Positions 20,708 to 30,051 of a DNA stretch of 64,000 nt are shown here, one piece after another (the stretch's first letter is position 1; each line of letters begins with the position of its first letter). A model generated the notes under the pieces. That model was given only the letters and a program-made list of their open reading frames with translations, was not told the origin of the DNA and ran no database searches. The stretch comes from Promethearchaeota archaeon (GTDB lineage: Archaea > Asgardarchaeota > Lokiarchaeia > Sigyniarchaeales > SOKP01): NCBI GenBank assembly GCA_048937405.1, contig JBHLNF010000001.1, positions 256,001 to 320,000 of the forward strand, given 5' to 3'. The position numbers and the translations under genes are program-made.

Positions 20708-21259
20708 ATGAATAATAAAGAAAATGAAGAACAACCAATAAAACTTGTAATCATTGGAATGGAAAATGCTGGAAAAACCACGATTTTAGACGTACTCACG
20801 GGAAAAATTAATCAAGAACCTAATAAACCACCCAGTATGAATCCTACCAAAGGTGTTGATAGAAGTGTTGTGTTATTTTTTGAAAAGGAGACTAAAGTCT
20901 GGGATTTTGGTGGTCAAGAATCTTTTCGCAATGAATATATATCAAATCCAAAGAAATATTTTTACTCAATCTCGTTTTTTTATTATGTTGTAGATATTCA
21001 GGATTATTACCGACTTATACAATCTGTAATGTATTTTAAAGGAATTTTTAATTTAATTAGAAAATATAGCCCAGAAGCAAAAATCATTTTCCTTTTTCAT
21101 AAGATGGACCCTGATTATGATCCAAATGAGAGAAATCTAAAAGAAAAGTTCTTGGAAAAGGTTGAATCAGATTTAAAGTTAGAAAATATACCTTATACAA
21201 TGTATGACACTACGATTTTTGATATTAAAACTATTAAAACTGCTTTTGGTCAAGAATAG
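20708..21259 (+). CDS. Small GTPase, Rag/Arf-like
   Basis: G1 GMENAGKTT, G2 PTKG, G3 WDFGGQ and G4 HKMD (Rag-type). Confidence 0.92.
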   Translation: MNNKENEEQPIKLVIIGMENAGKTTILDVLTGKINQEPNKPPSMNPTKGVDRSVVLFFEKETKVWDFGGQESFRNEYISNPKKYFYSISFFYYVVDIQDYYRLIQSVMYFKGIFNLIRKYSPEAKIIFLFHKMDPDYDPNERNLKEKFLEKVESDLKLENIPYTMYDTTIFDIKTIKTAFGQE

Positions 21260-21401
21260 TAAAACAGATTTTAAAATTTTATATTTTTTATTATGAATTT
21301 TTCCTGCATTTGAATTTAAAAAAGGGTTTAAATCGCGTTTTTTTTTGCTTTATCCAATTCCACAGATCGAGTGAAACAAAATTTAAAAAGGAATCTAAAT
21401 C

Positions 21402-21532
21402 GATGAATTGTTAATCAAAAGTATGATTGCAAAATGTAGCATTCCTGAAAATAACCCTGATATTAAGGATGCAATGGAGCTTATTATGGAGATATGCTAA
21501 AAGCTCAAAATAAAATCATTTTATCTCTTTAA
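21402..21532 (+). pseudogene. Remnant of the GH57 gene 3' end with a 1-nt deletion
   Basis: DELLIKSMIAKCSIPENNPDIKDAMELIM-/-DMLKAQNKIILSL* versus GH57 NEVLMASVNAKRSIPDNNPDIKDAMELIMGDMLKAQNKIILSL*. Confidence 0.88.
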
Positions 21533-21615
21533 TGTGAAAATAAAAAAAAATAAATTAATTATACTTTTTTGAAAAGATAATTAATTGACTAAAAAATTCA
21601 CCAAATTTTTACTTG

Positions 21616-23499
21616 TTAAGATATTATTCCTAATTCTTTCAATGTTTCTTCAGTTGGTCTTCCTGTATCCCAATCCCATCCTCGAGCGCTATAATATTTT
21701 TTCAAATTCTCTTCTAAATCGAGTTTTACGTTTCTTGTTCTTCCTGATGTTAATACTTTCATATTATGATTGGTTAATCTATCATCTTTTCTTGTAATTC
21801 CTAAATTACAACTGATTAAACGTTTCGCATTGTTTATTCGCGCCCCAACTTTCATCAGAGATTTTCTATCATAATTAAAACCAGTAGCAGCATTGATATA
21901 ACCGATAATATGCTCAAGTTTGGGGGTTGCAAAATTACAATTCACTGCAGAATCGTCAATAGCCCTAAGGTCTTGAAGTTTAGCAACTCCTCTTTCTCCT
22001 TTTGTTATATCATATCTATTTTTACTCCTTTTAATATGAAGAATTGGAATATTTATAGTTCCCGATTCTGCAGCATACCAATCAGCTTTATTATGATTTG
22101 CTCCAACACATCCCGTCATATAGCTTAATGCCTGTCCGGCGAATGCTCGTGGTTCATGCATCGGTATTTCTAATCCTTTTACATGTGCGGCTAATTCAGG
22201 ATCTACTTCCAATTTCTCTGCCATTATTCTTGTACCTTCAGCAAGGATATCCCCAATACCTTCCCTTTTTACTATTTTTTCAACAAGTTTGCATACAACC
22301 TCTCCATTTCCCCATTTAATATCTTCTATTGGAATATCACTTAAAAATTGCTTAATTTTCTCAATCCCTATATTATTTTCGACTAAATAGATAAGAAAAG
22401 CAATGGAGACTCCACAAGAAATGGTGTCAATACCATATTTATTACATAAGTGATTGGCAATAAGTACTGGTTTTGAATCAAAAACACCACATAAAGTACC
22501 TAACGCAGCTACAGATTCATATTCTGGTCCATCACTCTCAATTTCTTTCCCATCAATTTCAATAACCGTTGATTTACCGCACCTTAGTGTACAACCTGAG
22601 CACCCATAACTGAACACAGGATATTGTTCCGTTAGAGTTTTCCCTGTTAAATTCTCGGCAAAAAATTCTGTTTCTGTAAAGTAATATGCTGGCGTATCAC
22701 CATTAACCATTCCTAAATCGAGATACATGTTAGTACCATATAATGTAAAAAGTAGAGTTCCTAATTCTCCCATTGGATTTGCTTCCCTTGCAGCTTGAGC
22801 CTCTTTTCTTAGCTTTTTCCCTAATTCATTATCTGCTAGTTTAACTCTTTCTTTTCCATCTACTACTAATGCCTTCAAATTTTTTGATCCCATAAGAGCT
22901 CCCATCCCGCATCTCCCTACGATTCTCCCCTCATCATTCATTATAGCACCATATTTAACAAGATTTTCGCCGCCTTGACCAATACAAGCCATCCGAGCTT
23001 TTGGGTCATTCAATTCATCTCTAATTAATTTTTGAGTTTCATAACAATCTTTACTATGGAATTTTGAAGCATCTTTAAATTCTACATTTCCATCATGAAT
23101 ATACACGTAAGTTGGTTTATTTGCTTTTCCCAAGAAAACTACAGCATCAAATCCACTATTTCTTAGAGAAATACAGAAATACCCTCCTGAAGTTCCTTCA
23201 CCCCAAATCCCGGTTAAGGGGGATATACCACTCACAGTATAGCGTCCTGAATTTGGCCTAATAGTTCCTGTTATAGGACCAGTAGCAAAAATTAAAGGAT
23301 TAACTTCTGAGTAAGGGTCTTCTTTCAATCTCTTGTAATCATCCTCAGAAAGCAGATCATACGTTATTTTAGCGCTTAATCCAGTTCCTCCTAAATAGTC
23401 TTGTGCAATTTTAGGGTCTAAATCCTTTATTTCAAAACTTTCTTTGCTTAAATCCACAAAAAGGATTTTTCCATTATAACCATTTAATTTATCATTCAT
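21616..23499 (-). CDS. aor: Aldehyde:ferredoxin oxidoreductase (W-dependent AOR family)
   Basis: GGTGL, SPLTG, GRCGMGALMGSKNLKA, GPEYES, CSGCTLRC and GIDTISCG motifs. Confidence 0.93.
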   Translation of the reverse strand: MNDKLNGYNGKILFVDLSKESFEIKDLDPKIAQDYLGGTGLSAKITYDLLSEDDYKRLKEDPYSEVNPLIFATGPITGTIRPNSGRYTVSGISPLTGIWGEGTSGGYFCISLRNSGFDAVVFLGKANKPTYVYIHDGNVEFKDASKFHSKDCYETQKLIRDELNDPKARMACIGQGGENLVKYGAIMNDEGRIVGRCGMGALMGSKNLKALVVDGKERVKLADNELGKKLRKEAQAAREANPMGELGTLLFTLYGTNMYLDLGMVNGDTPAYYFTETEFFAENLTGKTLTEQYPVFSYGCSGCTLRCGKSTVIEIDGKEIESDGPEYESVAALGTLCGVFDSKPVLIANHLCNKYGIDTISCGVSIAFLIYLVENNIGIEKIKQFLSDIPIEDIKWGNGEVVCKLVEKIVKREGIGDILAEGTRIMAEKLEVDPELAAHVKGLEIPMHEPRAFAGQALSYMTGCVGANHNKADWYAAESGTINIPILHIKRSKNRYDITKGERGVAKLQDLRAIDDSAVNCNFATPKLEHIIGYINAATGFNYDRKSLMKVGARINNAKRLISCNLGITRKDDRLTNHNMKVLTSGRTRNVKLDLEENLKKYYSARGWDWDTGRPTEETLKELGIIS

Positions 23500-23522
23500 T
23501 TTTTTAAATCACTCCAAATAAT

Positions 23523-24830
23523 CTAAAAATCAATGGTTCTACCATCCCAAGCATATTCAAATATTCTTTTTATTATGTCGTTATCAATATAGCGACCGAC
23601 CATATAAGCAACAGGATCTGTAATAGCATACTGTACTAGGAGATCTAAATTTTTAAAGTATGTTTCTTCAGTAATAACAGGATTCTTCATTTCCTTTACA
23701 CACACTGGACCATTCATTGAATGTATAAAATCTTTGACACTTTGAAGAAATTCATTAAATAACTCATCATCATTTTTATCTTTAGACTCAACACCAAAAA
23801 GTGGACATAAATCCTTCCATCTTTCTGAAATTTTTCTTTGGAAAGCAAGTGTATATGGTAGAAACAACCCTACACAAAGTCCATGATGAACATTGAGTAC
23901 CTTACCCATACTATGTCCTAAGGCATGATCAATTCCAACGCGAGAATGAATAAATCCAAGGCCCCCCATAGATGCTGCTATTTGCATATGGGATCTTGCT
24001 TCTATATCTTTAGCACCATATTTATATGCACGAGGTAAATATTTTAGTATTTCTTTAATAGCAAATATATTCATAGCATCGGCAAAAGGAGTTCCTATAG
24101 TTGATACATAAGCCCCTGCTGCATGAGCTAATGCGTCTAAACCTGTAGCCATGGTTAGAAAAGGCGGCATATCTTTTACAAAATCCGTAATTAAGAATGA
24201 ATAATCAGGAATCAACTCTGGATGAGAAACAGTAAACTTTTTCGGTGGATCAAAACGCATATCAGTTAACATCGAAGCAAGAGTTGCTTCAGATCCCGTT
24301 CCTGACGTTGTTGGAACCGCTATAAAATATTTAAGTTTTTTGCGTACACCAAGAGGTGCTAAAGGTGAAATGCTAAATAGATCCATTTCAGGTTTCTCGT
24401 ATCTAACCATTAAACCTTTCGTAGTATCAAGAACACTCCCTCCGCCAATAGCTAAAAATACTCTAGGTTTAAACTCTTCACATATTTTTGCTGCTTCATC
24501 AAGAGTATGAGTAGGTCCTTCTGGTTTCACTCCCGCCCATATTTTCGCTTCAATTTTTACTTTACTTAACATACCACTAATGAGAGTCCCGTATTTTTCT
24601 GTAAAATCGTCTGTGATTATTAAAACCCTTCTTTCTCCTTCTTCAAGATTAGTATCTAATTGTGTGATTAGTCTAGTTAATGCAGTCATTCCAAAAATAA
24701 TATTCGGTGATCGAAAAGATGTTATTATCCCGGAAAGTGCTCTGGCTTTTAACATAGCCATAAGTTCCATCATTTGCTCTGGTGAAGGTTGAGCTGCTTG
24801 TTCAGGCTCTTGTTTAGTTGAATTTTCCAA
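23523..24830 (-). CDS. Iron-containing alcohol dehydrogenase
   Basis: GGGSVLD, PTTSGTGSE, DALAH and HALGH...HHG metal ligands. Confidence 0.92.
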   Translation of the reverse strand: MENSTKQEPEQAAQPSPEQMMELMAMLKARALSGIITSFRSPNIIFGMTALTRLITQLDTNLEEGERRVLIITDDFTEKYGTLISGMLSKVKIEAKIWAGVKPEGPTHTLDEAAKICEEFKPRVFLAIGGGSVLDTTKGLMVRYEKPEMDLFSISPLAPLGVRKKLKYFIAVPTTSGTGSEATLASMLTDMRFDPPKKFTVSHPELIPDYSFLITDFVKDMPPFLTMATGLDALAHAAGAYVSTIGTPFADAMNIFAIKEILKYLPRAYKYGAKDIEARSHMQIAASMGGLGFIHSRVGIDHALGHSMGKVLNVHHGLCVGLFLPYTLAFQRKISERWKDLCPLFGVESKDKNDDELFNEFLQSVKDFIHSMNGPVCVKEMKNPVITEETYFKNLDLLVQYAITDPVAYMVGRYIDNDIIKRIFEYAWDGRTIDF

Positions 24831-25117
24831 AAAACCACCTATTTATTTTTTAATTTAATTTTTGATAAAATATTATAAATAAATTGTTATTTCTTAATAA
24901 ATCTTAATTCTCTTGAGATTGATTATTTGGCTTATTATGAATCTGGAGATTAAATTTAGTTTTCTTAAGAACGATTAAGATGAAAGTAATTCTGAAATAC
25001 TTAGTTCTTTCATATTAAATTGAATAGAACTCATAAAGAAATGTAATTCATAAGTTCAAAAAAAAATAAATATATGTCAATATAAAATTAAAAAAAAAAG
25101 AAAAAGATAGTTTTTAA

Positions 25118-25317
25118 TTACTCCTTTTTAAAAAGATTTCCACATCCCCCACACTTAATAGTTTTAGCATAAACCGGAGTACCCTGCTTCAGCAGTATGC
25201 TTAATTAGCATTACTTATACTGTAGTAAAGCACATTACTCTTATCTGGTTCTTCATGAAGCATTCGTGGATTCTCATTTCCACATTGGGGGCATTTAACT
25301 CTTTTAAAATCACTCAT
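25118..25317 (-). CDS. 56-aa zinc-ribbon protein encoded by two exons (25317-25217 and 25187-25118)
   Basis: Removing 25188-25216 gives MSDFKRVKCPQCGNENPRMLHEEPDKSNVLYYSMQGTPVYAKTIKCGGCGNLFKKE*. The two CxxC knuckles lie in different frames until spliced. Not in the ORF track. Confidence 0.8.
25188..25216 (-). other. Putative 29-nt mRNA intron, relaxed BHB (HBh'/BHL-like)
   Basis: Minus strand CAGT-ATA-[AGTAATGCT AATTA AGCATACT]-GCTG-AAG gives a 4-bp central helix, a 3-nt bulge and an intron stem-loop. Cuts at AT|A and AA|G restore the frame. Confidence 0.75.
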
Positions 25318-25376
25318 AATATCTTAACTCTGTATTCAAATATTTTAAATATTTAGTAGAGTGAATAAATTTAAAT

Positions 25377-25907
25377 TTAGGTATTTAGATTGGTATTTAT
25401 TACAATCTCGTGAACAATTTCTTTAATAGTTTTATTTGTGGTATCAATCATAAATTCAGCTGATTTTTCATATAAAGGTTTTCGAAAATTTAAGATTTTT
25501 AAAATTTCTTTCTTAGGGTCTTTTTTATCAATGAGAGGTCTTGTTTCTTTGCCATCCTTTAAGGCTCTCCTGAATATTTCATCTGGAGTGGCCTTTAATA
25601 AGACAATATGACAATTTTTACTTAAATGCAGAATATTTATAGGATTTAAGACTACTCCACCCCCACATGAGATCACAACTTTGTTAAGTTTAGAAACTTC
25701 TTTACACACTAAAATTTCATATTCTCTAAATTTATCTTCTCCTTCTTCTGCAAAAATTCTGGGTATTGACTTACCGGCTTGTTGAATAATAAGTTGATCT
25801 GTTTCGATAAATCTATAATCGTTCCCTAGATAATCAACTAATGCTTTTCCTATTGTGGTTTTTCCAGTAGCCATAAAGCCAATGAGTGCTATTGAATCTT
25901 TTCCCAT
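25377..25907 (-). CDS. aroK: Shikimate kinase (AroK type)
   Basis: GFMATGKTT, FREYE, SCGGG and RPL motifs. Confidence 0.93.
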   Translation of the reverse strand: MGKDSIALIGFMATGKTTIGKALVDYLGNDYRFIETDQLIIQQAGKSIPRIFAEEGEDKFREYEILVCKEVSKLNKVVISCGGGVVLNPINILHLSKNCHIVLLKATPDEIFRRALKDGKETRPLIDKKDPKKEILKILNFRKPLYEKSAEFMIDTTNKTIKEIVHEIVINTNLNT

Positions 25908-25954
25908 CTTTAATACTTTTCTTATTTCTTTGGTATTTATCTATCTAATGAAAA

Positions 25955-26539
25955 TCATTCTAATGAAAAACCATGTCTTCCAACCATACCATTTTTTATT
26001 TCGAGGTAATTACCTGTAATATAAGTTGGAAAATTAAATTGGGTAGGATCTAAAGAATTAGTTTTAACATACTTGGGATCGGAGTGTATTGCTACCACTT
26101 CACCAAAATAACAAATATGTGTTCCCAACTCGATTTTCTTTATTACTTTACATTCCATATTCCAAGGGAATTCTTTTCCCATAGGAACATTGACTATAGA
26201 TGCTTCTTCTTTAGTTAAATTTAACTCTCTCCATTTATCTACATCCCTACCTGAACGAGTGCCACAATAATCAGCTTCCTTTAATTGTTGTATTGTAGGA
26301 TAATTTATTACAAACTCACCATGATTTTCAATTAATTGAAACGAATGGCGAGAAGGTCGTATAGAAATTACAACAATGGGTGGCTCAGCACATACTTTTC
26401 CAACATAGGCTAAGGTGATTAAATTTGCTTTTTCTCCAATACCAACTGAAATAATGGCTACTGGCATAGGAAATGTGGAAATTTTTGGACTTAAAGAGGC
26501 TTTTTTCATTTTTGAGTCACAATTTACTTGTTTTAACAA
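25955..26539 (-). CDS. Flavin reductase family (flavoredoxin-like) protein
   Basis: PMPV, GEFVIN, CGTRSGRDVDK, MECKV and GTH motifs. Confidence 0.9.
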   Translation of the reverse strand: MLKQVNCDSKMKKASLSPKISTFPMPVAIISVGIGEKANLITLAYVGKVCAEPPIVVISIRPSRHSFQLIENHGEFVINYPTIQQLKEADYCGTRSGRDVDKWRELNLTKEEASIVNVPMGKEFPWNMECKVIKKIELGTHICYFGEVVAIHSDPKYVKTNSLDPTQFNFPTYITGNYLEIKNGMVGRHGFSLE

Positions 26540-26680
26540 GATATCTTAAAATTGCCATAAATGGTTAACATATTAAATAGTTTTAAATTAAATAATCTCA
26601 CTTTTTCAAATAAAACTATTAAAATTATTATCAATTCATTTATAATCAATATTTTTAAATCTTAATTTAAGTGGAAAATT

Positions 26681-27301
26681 ATGATAATAAAACATCGAGG
26701 TATTGAGCCTAAATATAATTCATCAGTGTTTATAGCTCCAACAGCAACAGTTATCGGTAATGTGTCTATTGGAAAAAGTTCACGGGTTATGTATGGTGCC
26801 ATTCTTGATTCTGAAGGCTCTGAGGTCGAAATTGGAGAATATTCAATTATATGTGAAAATGCTGTTCTTAGAGCTACAGCGTTAGGAGATCGCAACTATC
26901 CCGTAATAATTGGAGATCATGTCTTTATTTCACCCCAATCAACACTTATCGGGTGCAAAGTAGAATCTAACTCCTATATCGCGACAGGTGCCACCATTTT
27001 GCAAGGCGCACTTATTGAATCTGGTGCAGCATTAGCAGTTGGAGCTTTTGTTCACGCAAATACCGTTATCCCTGCGAATTCTTTTATTCCACCAAATAAC
27101 ATTGCGATTGGAGATCCCGTTAAGATTTACCGTCCAAAAGATCAAGAGTTATTAGCTAAAGCTATTAAATCAATTGGATTTGCAAAGATTGCATTTAATA
27201 TAGATGCTAAATGGGAAAATCGCTTTGAAAGATATAGACAAGCTACACTAGTAAGATCAAAAGAGTTTGAGGATCATTTTAATGATGAAATTATAAAGTA
27301 A
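26681..27301 (+). CDS. Gamma carbonic anhydrase / hexapeptide-repeat protein
   Basis: FIAPTATVIGNVSIG and left-handed beta-helix repeats. Confidence 0.85.
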   Translation: MIIKHRGIEPKYNSSVFIAPTATVIGNVSIGKSSRVMYGAILDSEGSEVEIGEYSIICENAVLRATALGDRNYPVIIGDHVFISPQSTLIGCKVESNSYIATGATILQGALIESGAALAVGAFVHANTVIPANSFIPPNNIAIGDPVKIYRPKDQELLAKAIKSIGFAKIAFNIDAKWENRFERYRQATLVRSKEFEDHFNDEIIK

Positions 27302-27317
27302 CAAAATTTTAGTAATA

Positions 27318-28208
27318 ATGATTGATATGTCAGAAAAAGATTATATAACTGCCAGGACAAAAGTTCTTTGTGTGATGGGATATCCAATTGAACATTCAAT
27401 GAGTCCATTAATGCACAATGCTGCGATCCGTGATTTAAATCTTAATTATGTATATCTTGCCTTTAATATTATACCTGATAACTTAAAGCTTGCTATAGAC
27501 GGAATTAAGTCATTTGACATTAAAGGTATTAATATAACAATCCCATTCAAACAAAAAATTATGAAATATTTGGATGAAATTGATCCTGTAGCTCAAGAAA
27601 TCGGGGCAATTAATACAATTAAAAATGAGGAAGGATTTTTAAGTAGTAGAAATACAGATGCAGAAGGAGCTATGAAAGCATTATTGGATGCAGGATATAG
27701 GATTTCGGGAAAAAATTTTTTATTATTAGGGGCTGGTGGAGCCGCAAGAGCACTAGCTTTTATGATGGCAAAAGAGGCAAATAGATTAGTAATAACCGAT
27801 AAGATTGAAAAGAAAGCAAAAAAGCTTGCAAATGAAATAAAAAAGAAATATGGGATTAATATTCAAGGAAAGATTCACAATAATCAGGTCTTGAGTGAAG
27901 AATCTAAAAAAGCTGATATTTTAATCAATGCTACTCCTTTAGGAATGCACCCTAATATTGATAAATCACCCATTCCTGTTGAATTTTTACATAAAGATTT
28001 GTTTGTTTTTGATATTGTGTATAATCCGTTAAAGACTCAATTATTGAAAGACGCATCTGAATTAGGATGTAATACACTAGGAGGTCTTGAGATGTTAGTA
28101 AATCAAGGTGCATTATCATTTGAATGGTGGACAAATAAAAAACCAAATATTAATTTAATGAAAAGTAAAATTATTGAATTTTTAGGGAGAAAAAAAAATG
28201 ATGGGTAA
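27318..28208 (+). CDS. aroE: Shikimate dehydrogenase
   Basis: HSMSP, NITIPFK, GAINT, NTD, GAGGAARA and NATPLG motifs. Confidence 0.95.
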   Translation: MIDMSEKDYITARTKVLCVMGYPIEHSMSPLMHNAAIRDLNLNYVYLAFNIIPDNLKLAIDGIKSFDIKGINITIPFKQKIMKYLDEIDPVAQEIGAINTIKNEEGFLSSRNTDAEGAMKALLDAGYRISGKNFLLLGAGGAARALAFMMAKEANRLVITDKIEKKAKKLANEIKKKYGINIQGKIHNNQVLSEESKKADILINATPLGMHPNIDKSPIPVEFLHKDLFVFDIVYNPLKTQLLKDASELGCNTLGGLEMLVNQGALSFEWWTNKKPNINLMKSKIIEFLGRKKNDG

Positions 28209-29106
28209 AAATATAACTATTATTGGAGGTTCAGGCGGTATGGGTCAAGTTTTTGGAAGATATTTCAAACAACATGGTTTCAAAATTACATTATTTGCGC
28301 GAAATGAAAATAAATTGAAAACTGTTGCACAAAATTTACAAGTTGAATATGAGGTAGATCTTAAGAAATGCATTGTAGATGCTGATATTGTAATGCTGTC
28401 AATCCCTATTCGTTCTATCTCAAGCATGATTGAAAAAATTGCCCCTATGATGAAAGAAAATTCATTAATTTTTGATATTACATCTTTAAAATTAGAAGCT
28501 TCAAGAATTCTTCATAAAATTTATGAACTCTATCCTATTAACTGTTTATCAATTCATCCAATGTTTGGACCGGGAATTAAGAATATGAAAAACTACGGTA
28601 TTATCATAATAAAAATAGGGGGAACTAATCAGTATAATAATATTATAAATGAACTGCTAGAGATTTTTCGATCAGACGGATTAATCATTACAGAAACAAC
28701 ACCTGACATTCACGATACTATGATTGCGTTGACACTTGGTGTTCCACATATGTTTAATATATTATTCTTGAATTTACTCAAGAGGACAAAAAAACCATTA
28801 AGCAAATTAACTTCCTTCACTGGTACCACCTTTTTATTACAAAAAGTTTTTGCAGAGAGTATTATTCAAAGAGAAATGGAAATGTTTGGAGAAATTCAAA
28901 TAGAAAATGAAAAATTTCATGAAATCTTAGACATTTTTGAAGATTTAATTAAAGAATATAAAAAAATAATTAAAACCAAAAATTTAAACGAGTTTAAAAC
29001 ACTGTTCTCTGAAGCGTTAGATTATTCTAAAGAGGATATACATTTTGAGGATTCATACACATATTTTTATGATTTTATGAGGATTTTAAAAGAAGAAAAA
29101 GAATAA
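28198..29106 (+). CDS. tyrA: Prephenate/arogenate dehydrogenase
   Basis: IIGGSGGMG, DITSLK, HPMFGP and HD motifs. Confidence 0.9.
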   Translation: MMGKNITIIGGSGGMGQVFGRYFKQHGFKITLFARNENKLKTVAQNLQVEYEVDLKKCIVDADIVMLSIPIRSISSMIEKIAPMMKENSLIFDITSLKLEASRILHKIYELYPINCLSIHPMFGPGIKNMKNYGIIIIKIGGTNQYNNIINELLEIFRSDGLIITETTPDIHDTMIALTLGVPHMFNILFLNLLKRTKKPLSKLTSFTGTTFLLQKVFAESIIQREMEMFGEIQIENEKFHEILDIFEDLIKEYKKIIKTKNLNEFKTLFSEALDYSKEDIHFEDSYTYFYDFMRILKEEKE

Positions 29107-29121
29107 AAAAATAGATTATTT

Positions 29122-29487
29122 TTAGATTGAACTACCACAGAGGGCACAAAATTTTGCTTTTTCATTTGGATCTAACTCAGATCCACAATTATAACAGAAT
29201 TTTGACTTTTCTTGATTCTTATATGTTTCTAAGACAAGTTGTTGGTTTTGAACTTGATTAGAACCACTCATCACTTGATAAGATGCAATTGCTTGATGAT
29301 CTTCCATAGGTTCATAGCAAACTGAATTACAATGAATACATTTAGGGTGGTGTTCCCGATCTAAGTAAACAGCAACATAGATTAATAAACCAATCCCCCC
29401 GGTAAAAATAGCTAGAAAAATAGCTAAACCAACATTAAATTCATTCTTTTTAGTATAAACATTTTTATTACATTTTGGACAATACAT
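29122..29487 (-). CDS. LITAF/BRI3-like membrane zinc-ribbon protein with C-terminal double zinc ribbon
   Basis: CPKC - hydrophobic hairpin - CIHC ... CYNC/CALC. Confidence 0.7.
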   Translation of the reverse strand: MYCPKCNKNVYTKKNEFNVGLAIFLAIFTGGIGLLIYVAVYLDREHHPKCIHCNSVCYEPMEDHQAIASYQVMSGSNQVQNQQLVLETYKNQEKSKFCYNCGSELDPNEKAKFCALCGSSI

Positions 29488-29620
29488 TTTTCTATCACTC
29501 CAAATTACTTTTTGTTTTTTAATTAAAATGAGAATTTAATTGAATTAAAAGAATTTGGAGTCCAATATTTAAATCAATATTACACTAAGTTTTTAAAATT
29601 TTAAAAAATTAAAAAAAAAA

Positions 29621-29998
29621 CTAATTTTCTCCTATCTGACTACCACAATTTGGACAAAATCTTATCCCTATGTCCAATTTTTCACCGCAGAGTGGGCAAT
29701 AATTAGGATTAGCACCAGTTATTCTTTCAGCTCCATTTGCTGAGGTAGAATAAGGAGATTGCTCCATTTGAGGTTGAGATGCATAAGGGCTTTGAATTTG
29801 AGTAGGTGTTATTTTAGTACTACAATGTATGCACCTATCTTCGGCTCTACGATAGTAAATAAGAAGATATATTATGAAACCAATTCCCGCAGTAAAAAGT
29901 AGTAATATTATTGCAAGGCATGTATCAATTTCTTCTCGTTTTAATAATACTTTCTGTTGGCAGCGAGGACACCATCCAGTGGGATTATGAGTTGTCAT
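29621..29998 (-). CDS. LITAF/BRI3-like membrane zinc-ribbon protein with C-terminal double zinc ribbon
   Basis: CPRC - TM - CIHC ... CPLC/CPNC. Start moved to MTTHNP (29998). Confidence 0.7.
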   Translation of the reverse strand: MTTHNPTGWCPRCQQKVLLKREEIDTCLAIILLLFTAGIGFIIYLLIYYRRAEDRCIHCSTKITPTQIQSPYASQPQMEQSPYSTSANGAERITGANPNYCPLCGEKLDIGIRFCPNCGSQIGEN

Positions 29999-30051
29999 TT
30001 TTTTTTCACGGATAATTATACAATTTTGATTAGTATAGATAATATAAGTTT

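Noticed and set aside
24925-24950. GCTTATTATG match to the GH57 3' repeat
   Set aside because: Only a 10-nt match in AT-rich DNA, with no flanking similarity.
25185-25205. Selenocysteine or stop readthrough at TAA/TGA in the zinc-ribbon gene
   Set aside because: The first stop is TAA and the second CxxC is in another frame, so readthrough cannot join them.
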